DNA from: Alphaproteobacteria bacterium
GTDB lineage: Bacteria > Pseudomonadota > Alphaproteobacteria > SMXQ01
Assembly: GCA_004356985.1 (NCBI GenBank)
Contig: SMXQ01000037.1
Location: forward strand, 1-61,792
Length of the DNA stretch: 61,792 bases
Direction: 5' to 3'
Under the pieces are notes generated by a model. The model was not told the origin of the DNA. It saw only the letters and a list, made by a program, of their open reading frames with translations, and searched no databases. Both the position numbers and the translations under genes were made by a program. This document shows positions 8,236 to 16,238 of the stretch, piece by piece; the stretch's first letter is position 1, and every line of letters begins with the position of its first letter.

Positions 8236-9750
8236 TCAGCGCCGGGTGCGGGGGATGAACCGCTCCAACCCGACCTCGGTATCCCACACCCGGCGGTGGG
8301 CGTCGAGCAGGTGGGGCAGGGCGGCGGCGCGCGATGCCACCACGTCGGCGAAATCGGCCCTGAAGCCTTCCATCAGTTCCGCCACTTCACCGCGCAGCGC
8401 GTCTTCGTCGATGGTCTGGACCACGCCGCCCGCGATCACCACCCGGCCGTCGACGACCACCGTGTCGATGGCCCGCCCGGTCTCGGAATAGACCAATTGG
8501 CGCGCCGCGCTGTTATAGGGCAGATACGCGGTGTCGTTCATGTCGAGCAACACCAGGTCGGCCTTGAAGCCGGGTTTGAGCGCCCCCAACTGGCCGTCGA
8601 GCAGGGCCGAGCGGGCGCCGCCCAGGGTGGCGTGAGCCAAGGCTTCATGGGCCAGCGGCGGGCCCGGTTCGGGATCGCTGACGGCGGCCAAAAGGCAATA
8701 CATCTTCATCGCCTGGAACATGTTCTGGACGTCGCTGCCCGAACAATTGTCGCACCCCAGCGCCACCCGCATGCCCGCCTCGCGCATGTCCAGGACCGGT
8801 GCGATGCCGCTCTTGAGCTTCATGTTGGAGAGATGATTGAGCACAGCGCCGGCATCCGCCGCCGCCATGCGGTCCATTTCAGAGCGCTCCAGCCAGACGC
8901 TATGGGCGATGTTGAGCCGGTGGTTGAGAAGACCAGCCTTGTCCATGTAGGTGATGAACGAGCCGCCGTAATCGCCATAGAGTTCGCGCGCCATGACGAT
9001 TTGGCCGCGGGTCTCGTAGACATGGATATAGATCGCCAGATCATGGCGCGCCGCCAGGTCGGCGCAGCCTTCGAGCAGCTCGGGCGTGCAGCGCTGGGGC
9101 GCGAACGGGCCGAGGGCCCAATGGAGGCGTCCCCCGGCCGGGTGCCGTTTGATCTGGGCCTCGAGGAAATCGATCTGTTGCTTGGCGCCCGCTGCGGTGG
9201 TGCCCATCATCTCCTGAATTTCAGGCGGCAGGCTGTCTTTGTGCCGCAGCATGGCCACGGCGGGGATATCGAACACCATGGGGGAAAACACCACCCGCGC
9301 GCCGATTTCCTCATAGGCCTTGAGGACCACGTCCAGGTAATCCTCGCGGAGCGGGATCAGCCCGACCATGTCCTGGACCGTGGTGATGCCGCAGCGCAGC
9401 GATTCCAACGCCCCCACCAGGGTCCTAAGGCGCACCTCGCGCATGCTTCGGCGGGCGCCCATGGGCAGCGTGTAGAGCAGCCACATCTCCAGCGGCAATT
9501 CTTCGAACAGCCCCCGGCACAGGGTGTCGTGGGAATGGTAATGGGCGTTGATCATGCCCGGCATGACCAGGTGGCCGGTGGCATCGATCACCCGCGCGCC
9601 GGCGGTTTGCCCAGGGGGCAGCCGCGGCCCGACGGCGGCGATAGTGGTGCCCTCGATGAGGATATCGGCGATGGCCGGGCGGTGCACGTCGCCGTCATGG
9701 TCGTAGACGCGGCCGCCGCGGATCAACAGCTTCTGGTCATCTGCGGCCAT
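8236..9750 (-). CDS. Amidohydrolase family protein (nucleobase/aminohydrolase-like, AtzB/SsnA/MtaD-like)
   Basis: 504 aa. N-terminal VMPGMINAHYHSHD metal-binding HxH motif; overall TIM-barrel amidohydrolase pattern. Confidence 0.8.
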   Translation of the reverse strand: MAADDQKLLIRGGRVYDHDGDVHRPAIADILIEGTTIAAVGPRLPPGQTAGARVIDATGHLVMPGMINAHYHSHDTLCRGLFEELPLEMWLLYTLPMGARRSMREVRLRTLVGALESLRCGITTVQDMVGLIPLREDYLDVVLKAYEEIGARVVFSPMVFDIPAVAMLRHKDSLPPEIQEMMGTTAAGAKQQIDFLEAQIKRHPAGGRLHWALGPFAPQRCTPELLEGCADLAARHDLAIYIHVYETRGQIVMARELYGDYGGSFITYMDKAGLLNHRLNIAHSVWLERSEMDRMAAADAGAVLNHLSNMKLKSGIAPVLDMREAGMRVALGCDNCSGSDVQNMFQAMKMYCLLAAVSDPEPGPPLAHEALAHATLGGARSALLDGQLGALKPGFKADLVLLDMNDTAYLPYNSAARQLVYSETGRAIDTVVVDGRVVIAGGVVQTIDEDALRGEVAELMEGFRADFADVVASRAAALPHLLDAHRRVWDTEVGLERFIPRTRR

Positions 9751-9933
9751 GTGAAACCCCCCTACCTGTTCAAGCCGGAGCGGCGGCGAAATGGGCTGGA
9801 TTCGTATCGGCTACCCTGCCAGCATAAACCATGGAAGCCACTGGGGATTGCCGAACCCGGCGCCAAGCGGGTTCGCCATGGTGGTGGCGGCGCCAAGCGC
9901 GTGAATCAGGACAACATGAATGAGGAGAACCTT

Positions 9934-10341
9934 ATGGTTGGAAACACGCCGAATTTGCAAGGCCAGGAATTGTTGGACGAACTCAGTTCCCGCTATGTGC
10001 ACATCGACGACCTGCCCTGGGTCGATGGGGGGAGCGAGGGAATCCAACGCAAGATCCTTTTGGAGGATAAGGAAAGCGGCATCCTGACGGCGCTGATCCG
10101 CTGGTCGCCGGGGGCGAAACTGCCCATGCACCAACACCTGGACTTCGAACAGACCTTCGTCCTGGAAGGCTCGCTTTGCGATCATGAAGGCGAATGCAAG
10201 GCCGGGGACTATGTCTGGCGCCCGCCGGGCAGCCGCCACCGCGCGTGGTCACCCGACGGCTGCCTGTTGTTGGCCATATTCTTGAAGCCCAATAAATTTC
10301 TCGAAGGCCCAAGGGCCGAGCCGAACAAGGAGGGCGATTAG
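9934..10341 (+). CDS. Cupin domain protein (ChrR-like cupin)
   Basis: This is the only believable part of the 1188-aa plus-strand ORF. ATG at 9934 follows a GAGGAG SD; an alternative ATG lies at 9916. Cupin motifs are PMHQHLDFEQTFVLEG...GDYVWRPPGSRH. Confidence 0.7.
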   Translation: MVGNTPNLQGQELLDELSSRYVHIDDLPWVDGGSEGIQRKILLEDKESGILTALIRWSPGAKLPMHQHLDFEQTFVLEGSLCDHEGECKAGDYVWRPPGSRHRAWSPDGCLLLAIFLKPNKFLEGPRAEPNKEGD

Positions 10342-10399
10342 CCGATCGAGGCCCAGGGCGGCGCCAAGACCGCCGCCGGTAGGAAACAGGGAGGCAGCC

Positions 10400-11089
10400 A
10401 TGAGCGAAGTAAGCAATTTCCACAAAGCCCTGGAGGATGCGGTGGCCGAGCGCCACTGCGCCAACCACCCGATGACCGAGAAATGGGCCAAGGGCGAGCT
10501 GAGCCGCAACTGCCTGAAGGGGATCGCCGTGGAACATTGGCACTGGATCAGCCATGCGCCGGAATGGAATTTCCCGATCTGCGGCAAGGCGCCGCGCGAC
10601 GTCATCGACCTTCAGCTCACCAATTGGCGGGAAGAGGCCGATGTGGACAAACCCCATCTCTCCATCATCCTGCGTTTCGCCGAGGCCAACGGCGCCGATA
10701 TCGAGGAGGTAAAAGCGGGCCGCGGGCTGCCCACCACCCGGGCCTGGGTGGACTGGCTGAAGAGGGTGACATTCGAGCAGCCCTGGTGGTGTTCCATCGC
10801 GGCGGGACGGGTGGGCACCGAATCCCAGTCCCCCCTGCTCTACGGCAAGATCCTCAAAGCCTGCCGGGAAATCTACCAATACACCGAAGAGGAGATGGAA
10901 CATTTCTCTCTCCATTCGGAGGTCGATATCGAGCACGGCGCGCGCGGATTCGCGATCCTGGAGAAGCATTGCACGACCCCAGAGATGCAGGACCAGGCGA
11001 TCCATTTCGCCCGGGAAAGCGCGCGCATGCGCTGGTTCTATTTCGACGGCATCTATCTTCATTACGAGCAGGGCTACGACTTCCTCTGA
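10400..11089 (+). CDS. PqqC/TenA-like (heme-oxygenase-fold, iron-containing redox enzyme family) protein
   Basis: 229 aa with an AGGGAGG SD. All-helical pattern with HPMTEKWAKGELS...HSEVDIEHG resembles the PqqC/TenA family. Confidence 0.6.
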   Translation: MSEVSNFHKALEDAVAERHCANHPMTEKWAKGELSRNCLKGIAVEHWHWISHAPEWNFPICGKAPRDVIDLQLTNWREEADVDKPHLSIILRFAEANGADIEEVKAGRGLPTTRAWVDWLKRVTFEQPWWCSIAAGRVGTESQSPLLYGKILKACREIYQYTEEEMEHFSLHSEVDIEHGARGFAILEKHCTTPEMQDQAIHFARESARMRWFYFDGIYLHYEQGYDFL

Positions 11090-11225
11090 TTCCGCTTCCC
11101 CCAGCCCAACCCAACCCAACGCCCTTAGGCTGGTGCCCAAGCTGACCGATAGGTGACCGTGCCGCCCGGGCGGCGGACGAGCTCCAGACCGGTGCAGGTT
11201 TATGAAGTCCCGCCGCCTTAGTTAA

Positions 11226-11265
11226 AAAACGTCTTATTCAACCATCTGGTTGAATAAGACGTTTT
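11226..11265. terminator. Perfect 40-bp AT-rich palindrome; bidirectional intrinsic terminator
   Basis: AAAACGTCTTATTCAACCA-TC-TGGTTGAATAAGACGTTTT has 19-bp arms, with an A-run on one side and a T-run on the other. It sits between convergent gene ends. Confidence 0.8.
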
Positions 11266-11288
11266 GCGGCCTAGAGCAATTCCGGGCC

Positions 11289-11486
11289 CTACTCGGGTTC
11301 GCCCTCGACGCGCTGGTCGAGCTTCTTCTCGAATTCCACAAGGTCGTCGGGAAGGGGCATGCCCGTCGCGCGCAGTTCATCGAGCAACTCCTTCACCTTG
11401 AAATGAACCTCGTGAAGGTCGTCGGGCTGATGATCGAGACGCTGGGCCAGAAGATTGATGGCGGCGAGAAGTTCGATCCTATCCAT
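11289..11486 (-). CDS. Small acidic helical protein, unknown function
   Basis: 65 aa from MDRIELLAAINLL, with a GGGGGGA SD 7 nt upstream. It lies last in an operon with 11608..12552 and is followed by the palindromic terminator. Confidence 0.6.
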   Translation of the reverse strand: MDRIELLAAINLLAQRLDHQPDDLHEVHFKVKELLDELRATGMPLPDDLVEFEKKLDQRVEGEPE

Positions 11487-11607
11487 GTGGCATCCCCCCG
11501 ATGATTGCCGCAAGTCTACCCCTGCGGGGAACGCCACCCAAGCAAAACCGCCCGGCGCGCCGCGCGCCATGGATCAAAGGCGGGCACGGAGGATTTGAAG
11601 CGGCGGA

Positions 11608-12552
11608 TTATCCCGAAAGCGACCAGTCGTCGGTCTGCACGAAGTGCTGCGCGGCGAAGCGATAGGTTTCGCGAATGGCGTTTTCAGTGTCCGATTCCTC
11701 GGAACCGTCACACCGATCCCATAACCCCAGAATTTCCTCCCACAGAAGATAAACCTGGCGCAGTTCGTCGCGGGTCTTGCGGACGTATTCGACCTTGGCG
11801 TCGTACTGGCGGAGCGTATTGAGGATCTCGCCGATGGTGGCGTCGAATTCGTCGAATTTATTGGCGATCGCCTGGACCGGCTTTTCCATCAGGGTGTTGG
11901 ACCTCAACAGCGATTCGCCGAGAGTGGAATCGCCATGATAGTTTTTGTAGAGACCCTTGAGCTTGGCCACCAGTTGGTTGATCCTGCCCAGTTCGCCGCG
12001 GAGCGCCTCGATATAGGATAATTCGTGGGCGAAACGGTCGACCATTTGCACCACCTCTTCGCGCCGGTCCTCGCCAATGCCCAATTTCTTGGCGATGTCG
12101 GCGAAGGCTTCCTGCACGACTTTTTTGGTCTCCGGATTTTCCGCCCGGGAGAGGATATCGGACAGGTCCACGGAATCGAAATCTTCACCGGTGATCCACG
12201 CCACCAATTGCATCATGACGCGGGCCTTGGCGGCGGCGGCATACTTCTCGTCGACCATCCACGACGCTTTCCCAGAGATAACTTCCGAGGGAACCGAATC
12301 GCCGGGGTGGATTTCACGGACGAAATCCAACCCCTTGGTTACGTATCCCAGGAGTTTGTCGTCATTGGAATCCGCGGGAATTTCGAAGCCCGATTTGATC
12401 TGCTTAATGGTGATCGCGGCCACCGATTCCCCCATGGGGATGAACAGCGCGACCGTGCCGCTGCCGCTGGTCTTACGGAAAACGGCGCCCTCGACCGCAA
12501 ACACACGGTTCTCGAAATCAAACTGCACGTTTTCAGGGTCTGCCATCGTCAT
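11608..12552 (-). CDS. Hypothetical protein, unknown family (beta-rich N-domain plus long helical C-domain)
   Basis: About 314 aa from MTMADPEN. It has clean ORF coding character and I recognise no motif. Confidence 0.7.
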   Translation of the reverse strand: MTMADPENVQFDFENRVFAVEGAVFRKTSGSGTVALFIPMGESVAAITIKQIKSGFEIPADSNDDKLLGYVTKGLDFVREIHPGDSVPSEVISGKASWMVDEKYAAAAKARVMMQLVAWITGEDFDSVDLSDILSRAENPETKKVVQEAFADIAKKLGIGEDRREEVVQMVDRFAHELSYIEALRGELGRINQLVAKLKGLYKNYHGDSTLGESLLRSNTLMEKPVQAIANKFDEFDATIGEILNTLRQYDAKVEYVRKTRDELRQVYLLWEEILGLWDRCDGSEESDTENAIRETYRFAAQHFVQTDDWSLSG

Positions 12553-12818
12553 CTCGTTCCGGTGGCGGCGCGCTCGGCCATGGTGAGCGTTTTGCCGCAC
12601 CGGACGATGGGCTCCCGCCGGCCCGGGAGTGCGGGGGTTGCGCTGGATAATAGGGACGCCAAGGCGGTTTCCTCGCCGATAATTGATCTGTGGCCCAAAT
12701 TGTCGCCAAAGGGGGTATAAATTTCCTTAAAATATGGAAATTCAAAGAGTTGGTGCCAAAATTCGCCCCGGCCCGGGTGCCGGCGGCCCGCCGGTGCGTG
12801 CCGGCGCCGTGGAATCGC

Positions 12819-13724
12819 CTATTGGCCGGCGATCACCGGGTTGGTCATTTCGCCGATGCCTTCGATCTCCATGCGCACCACGTCGCCGGGCTTCAGGAAG
12901 AGTCCGCGCGGCCGGCCGACTCCCGAAGGCGTGCCGGTGGAAATCACGTCGCCGGCCCGGAGCGTGAAATGCCGCGACAGGTATTCCACCTGTTCGTTGA
13001 CGTTGAAGATCAGGTCGGAAGTGTTGGAATCTTGCTGCAGCTCGTCGTTGATCCAGAGCTTGATGTCCAGCCCATGGGGATCGGCGATGGCGCTGGCGGG
13101 CACCATCCAGGGCCCCATGGGGGCGGCGCCGTCGAAGGATTTATGGCCCAGCCAATCCATGCCCCAGTTGGGCCAATCGGGCCTGCGGCCGAGGTCCCGC
13201 GCCGAGACATCGTTCATGATGGTGTAGCCGGCCACGTGATCCAGCGCCTCGGCGGCCTTGATATTGCGTCCCGGACGGCCGATGACCACGGCCAGCTCCA
13301 CCTCCCAGTCGACCTGTTGCGACGTGTGGGGCAGCGGGATCGGCGCGTCGGGCCCGATGACGCAGTGGCGGGGCAGCTTGAGGAAGAAATAGGGGCGGCG
13401 GGTGGTCTTGTCGAATTCGCCGCCGGTCATTTCGCGGACATGCTTGGCGTAATTGGCGCCGGCGCAAATCAGCGCCGATGGGTAGAGAAGAGGCGCCAGA
13501 AGCCGGATCTCAGCCATGGTGCCGATCCTGGCGCCGTCGAGCGCGCCGGCGGCGGCCTCGGCGCCGAGCGCGTCAAGACGGGGGGCGCTCGCCTCCCAGT
13601 CCATGATCAGGTCCATGGTGGTGGCCGGGCCCATGACTTTTTCGAGGCCGTATACGCTGCCTTCAACGGCGATGGCGGCGCGGGGCGCGCCATCGGCGCC
13701 TTGGATGTTGAGCAGGTTGTACAT
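12819..13724 (-). CDS. Fumarylacetoacetate hydrolase (FAH) family protein
   Basis: Start MYNLLNIQG follows a GGGAGGA SD. FAH core is VDWEVELAVVIGRPGRNI...GYTIMNDVSARDL...GDVISTGTPSGVG. Confidence 0.85.
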   Translation of the reverse strand: MYNLLNIQGADGAPRAAIAVEGSVYGLEKVMGPATTMDLIMDWEASAPRLDALGAEAAAGALDGARIGTMAEIRLLAPLLYPSALICAGANYAKHVREMTGGEFDKTTRRPYFFLKLPRHCVIGPDAPIPLPHTSQQVDWEVELAVVIGRPGRNIKAAEALDHVAGYTIMNDVSARDLGRRPDWPNWGMDWLGHKSFDGAAPMGPWMVPASAIADPHGLDIKLWINDELQQDSNTSDLIFNVNEQVEYLSRHFTLRAGDVISTGTPSGVGRPRGLFLKPGDVVRMEIEGIGEMTNPVIAGQ

Positions 13725-13766
13725 GGCAGGCGTCCTCCCTGGTTGCTTTTCCGCCTGCCCCAATTA

Positions 13767-13810
13767 GAGCATTTTCCGGCCAAATTGAACCATTTGAACG
13801 GAAAATGCCC
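13767..13810 (+). repeat. Stem-loop intergenic repeat, copy A
   Basis: GAGCATTTTCCGG-CCA-AATTGAACCATTTGA-ACGGAAAATGCCC has perfect 10-bp arms (GCATTTTCCG/CGGAAAATGC) around a conserved loop. Confidence 0.75.
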
Positions 13811-13903
13811 GGGGCATTGGGGCTATAGTGTTTCCCCATATCCCCTGGCCAGCCGTCTTGAGGAGACCGAGACCATGCACGAGACCGTGCCCCCCTCTTT
13901 GCC

Positions 13904-15823
13904 ATGACCGCGGAAGCCCACGCCAACAAGCAGCCGGCGGAGACCAGCGAGTACAAGACCTTCGCCGGGCGTCTCGATATCCGCGTCATCCGGTCGTTGA
14001 TGCCGTTCCTGTGGTCGGCCAACGGCTTCGAGCTCCGCGCCCGGGTGGTGATCGCGCTGGCCATGCTGGTCGTCGCCATCGCCGCCAATGTCGGCGTGCC
14101 GCTGGTCTACAAGGAGGCGGTGGACGCGCTCACCCCCGGCAAGGAATTGGTGTTGGCGCTGCCGTTGGCCATGATCGGCGCCTATGGGCTGTTGCGGCTG
14201 GTCTCCGTGGCGTCGGGCGAGATCCGCGACGCCATCTTCGCCAAGGTGACCCAGCGCGCCATCCGCACCGTGGCGCGCAGGGTGTTCGAGCATCTTCACC
14301 GGCTCTCTATGCGCTTCCATCTCGACCGCCAGACCGGCGGCCTGTCGCGGGCCATCGAGCGCGGCACCAAGGGGATAGAATTCACCCTGGCCTTCATGCT
14401 GTTTTCCATCATTCCCACCATCGTCGAGATCCTGGTTGTCTGCGCCATCCTGTGGGCGCTCTATAATTTCTGGTTTGCCCTGGTGACCTTCATCACCATC
14501 GGGTCGTACATCCTATTCACCCTGATGATCACCGAATGGCGCCTGCGCTTTCGCCGCGAAATGAACGCGCGCGACCAGGAGGCCAGCACCCGGGCCATCG
14601 ATTCGCTTCTCAATTTCGAGACGGTGAAGTATTTCGGCAACGAGGATCACGAGGCGCGGCGCTACGACTCAGCGCTCGCCCGCTACGAGATCGCCGCGGT
14701 CAAGAACAAGACCTCGCTGTCGCTCCTCAACGTCGGCCAGTCGGCGATCATCGCCGGCGGCCTCACCGGCGTCATGGTCATGGCCGGGATGGGGGTGACC
14801 GCCGGCACCATGACCCTGGGCGATTTCGTCCTGGTGGTGACCTACCTGATGCAGCTTTACCTGCCGCTGGGCTTCCTCGGCTACGTCTACCGCGAAGTCA
14901 AGCAGTCGCTGACCGACATGGAGGCGATGTTCGACCTGGTCCAGGTGCCGCCCGACGTGACCGACCGCGAAGGTGCTGCGCCGTTGGTGCTTTCCGGCGG
15001 CGAGGTGGTGTTCGACGACGTGTCGTTCGGCTATCGGCCCGACCGGCCGATCATCAAGCACGTGTCCTTCCGCGTGCCGGCGGGGCGCAAGGTCGCCATC
15101 GTCGGCCCCTCGGGCGCGGGCAAATCCACCATTTCCAGGCTTTTGTTCCGGTTCTACGACGTCGATGGGGGCGCCATCTCCATCGACGGCCAGGATTTGC
15201 GCGACATCACCCAGGATTCCTTGCGCCGGGCCATCGGCATCGTCCCCCAGGATACGGTGCTGTTCAACGACACCATTGAATACAACATCGCCTATGGCCG
15301 GCCCGGCGCCGCCGACGAGGATATCAAGGCGGCGGCGCGCCTGGCGGCCATCCACGACTTCATCGCCTCGACCCCGGACGGTTACCAGACCCGGGTGGGC
15401 GAGCGCGGCCTTAAATTATCGGGCGGCGAGAAGCAGCGCGTCGCCATCGCCCGGACCATGCTCAAGCGGCCCACGATCCTGGTTTTCGACGAGGCCACCA
15501 GCGCCCTCGATTCCCGCACCGAAAAAGAGATCCAGGCGGCGCTGCGGGCGGTCTCGGTCGATCACACCACCTTGGTGATCGCTCACCGGCTGTCCACGGT
15601 GATCGATGCCGACGAGATCATCGTGCTGGACAACGGCGCCATCGTCGAGCGCGGCACCCACCAGGCGCTGCTCGACGCCGCCGGGACGTATGCCGCCATG
15701 TGGGCGCGCCAGCAGGAAGCGGCGCAGTTGAAGGAAGCCCTCACCCAGGAGCTAGGCGTTGCCCTGGCCCAGGAGGAAATGGCGAGCGAGGGCCTGTCGG
15801 AACAGGACCTCAAGAAGATCTGA
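13904..15823 (+). CDS. ABC transporter, fused permease/ATPase, ATM1/ABCB7-type exporter
   Basis: 639 aa. Six-TM domain plus an NBD with Walker A GPSGAGKST, signature LSGGEKQR and Walker B ILVFDEATSALD. Confidence 0.85.
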   Translation: MTAEAHANKQPAETSEYKTFAGRLDIRVIRSLMPFLWSANGFELRARVVIALAMLVVAIAANVGVPLVYKEAVDALTPGKELVLALPLAMIGAYGLLRLVSVASGEIRDAIFAKVTQRAIRTVARRVFEHLHRLSMRFHLDRQTGGLSRAIERGTKGIEFTLAFMLFSIIPTIVEILVVCAILWALYNFWFALVTFITIGSYILFTLMITEWRLRFRREMNARDQEASTRAIDSLLNFETVKYFGNEDHEARRYDSALARYEIAAVKNKTSLSLLNVGQSAIIAGGLTGVMVMAGMGVTAGTMTLGDFVLVVTYLMQLYLPLGFLGYVYREVKQSLTDMEAMFDLVQVPPDVTDREGAAPLVLSGGEVVFDDVSFGYRPDRPIIKHVSFRVPAGRKVAIVGPSGAGKSTISRLLFRFYDVDGGAISIDGQDLRDITQDSLRRAIGIVPQDTVLFNDTIEYNIAYGRPGAADEDIKAAARLAAIHDFIASTPDGYQTRVGERGLKLSGGEKQRVAIARTMLKRPTILVFDEATSALDSRTEKEIQAALRAVSVDHTTLVIAHRLSTVIDADEIIVLDNGAIVERGTHQALLDAAGTYAAMWARQQEAAQLKEALTQELGVALAQEEMASEGLSEQDLKKI

Positions 15824-15836
15824 GCGGCGCGCGCCC

Positions 15837-16238
15837 TCAATAGGGCGCGTAGGATTTTTCGTCGATCAGCTCGGAGCCGAGCGCTTGGTTGATCCGGCGC
15901 TTGACGGCGACCCGTTGGTCGTTGGTGCGGTAGACGGCGCGCGCCAGCGCCACGAAGGCGGCGCCGAAATCGCCCTGGCGTTCGCAATCGCGGATATCGT
16001 CCTCGATCACCCACAGTTTTTCGTTGACCGCCTTGAGCTCGGCGCGCAGGCCGCGCAACTCATCTGTGTCGGCGATCGCCACCTTGGCCGCCGTGGCGAG
16101 GCGCGCGAGCTCGACGCGGACATGGGCCAGCTTGGCCGGGTCCGCGATTCGTTCGGACTTGATCTCGGCGATGGTCAGCCGGTCGATCACCTCGCCGGGC
16201 GAGACCGAAATGGTGATATTGGGAGAGTGGTCAGCCAT
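15837..16238 (-). CDS. DUF6165-like small protein
   Basis: 133 aa. It overlaps the stop of the upstream TPR/GT9-like gene by 8 nt. The family call is from memory of the pattern GEVIDRLTIAEIK...NEKLWVIEDDIR. Confidence 0.55.
   Translation of the reverse strand: MADHSPNITISVSPGEVIDRLTIAEIKSERIADPAKLAHVRVELARLATAAKVAIADTDELRGLRAELKAVNEKLWVIEDDIRDCERQGDFGAAFVALARAVYRTNDQRVAVKRRINQALGSELIDEKSYAPY

Noticed and set aside
6775-10341. 1188-aa plus-strand ORF, the longest in the track
   Set aside because: It runs antisense to the well-supported M20 peptidase and amidohydrolase genes. Its translation is Arg/Gly/Ala/His-rich low-complexity sequence, typical of high-GC shadow frames. Only its last ~135 codons (the cupin, 9934..10341) are credible.
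12736-12759. Sigma-54-like TGGCAC element on the minus strand upstream of the hypothetical operon
   Set aside because: The -12 region reads CTTTGA rather than TTGCW at the required spacing (GG-N10-GC is not satisfied). There is also no enhancer-binding protein gene nearby.
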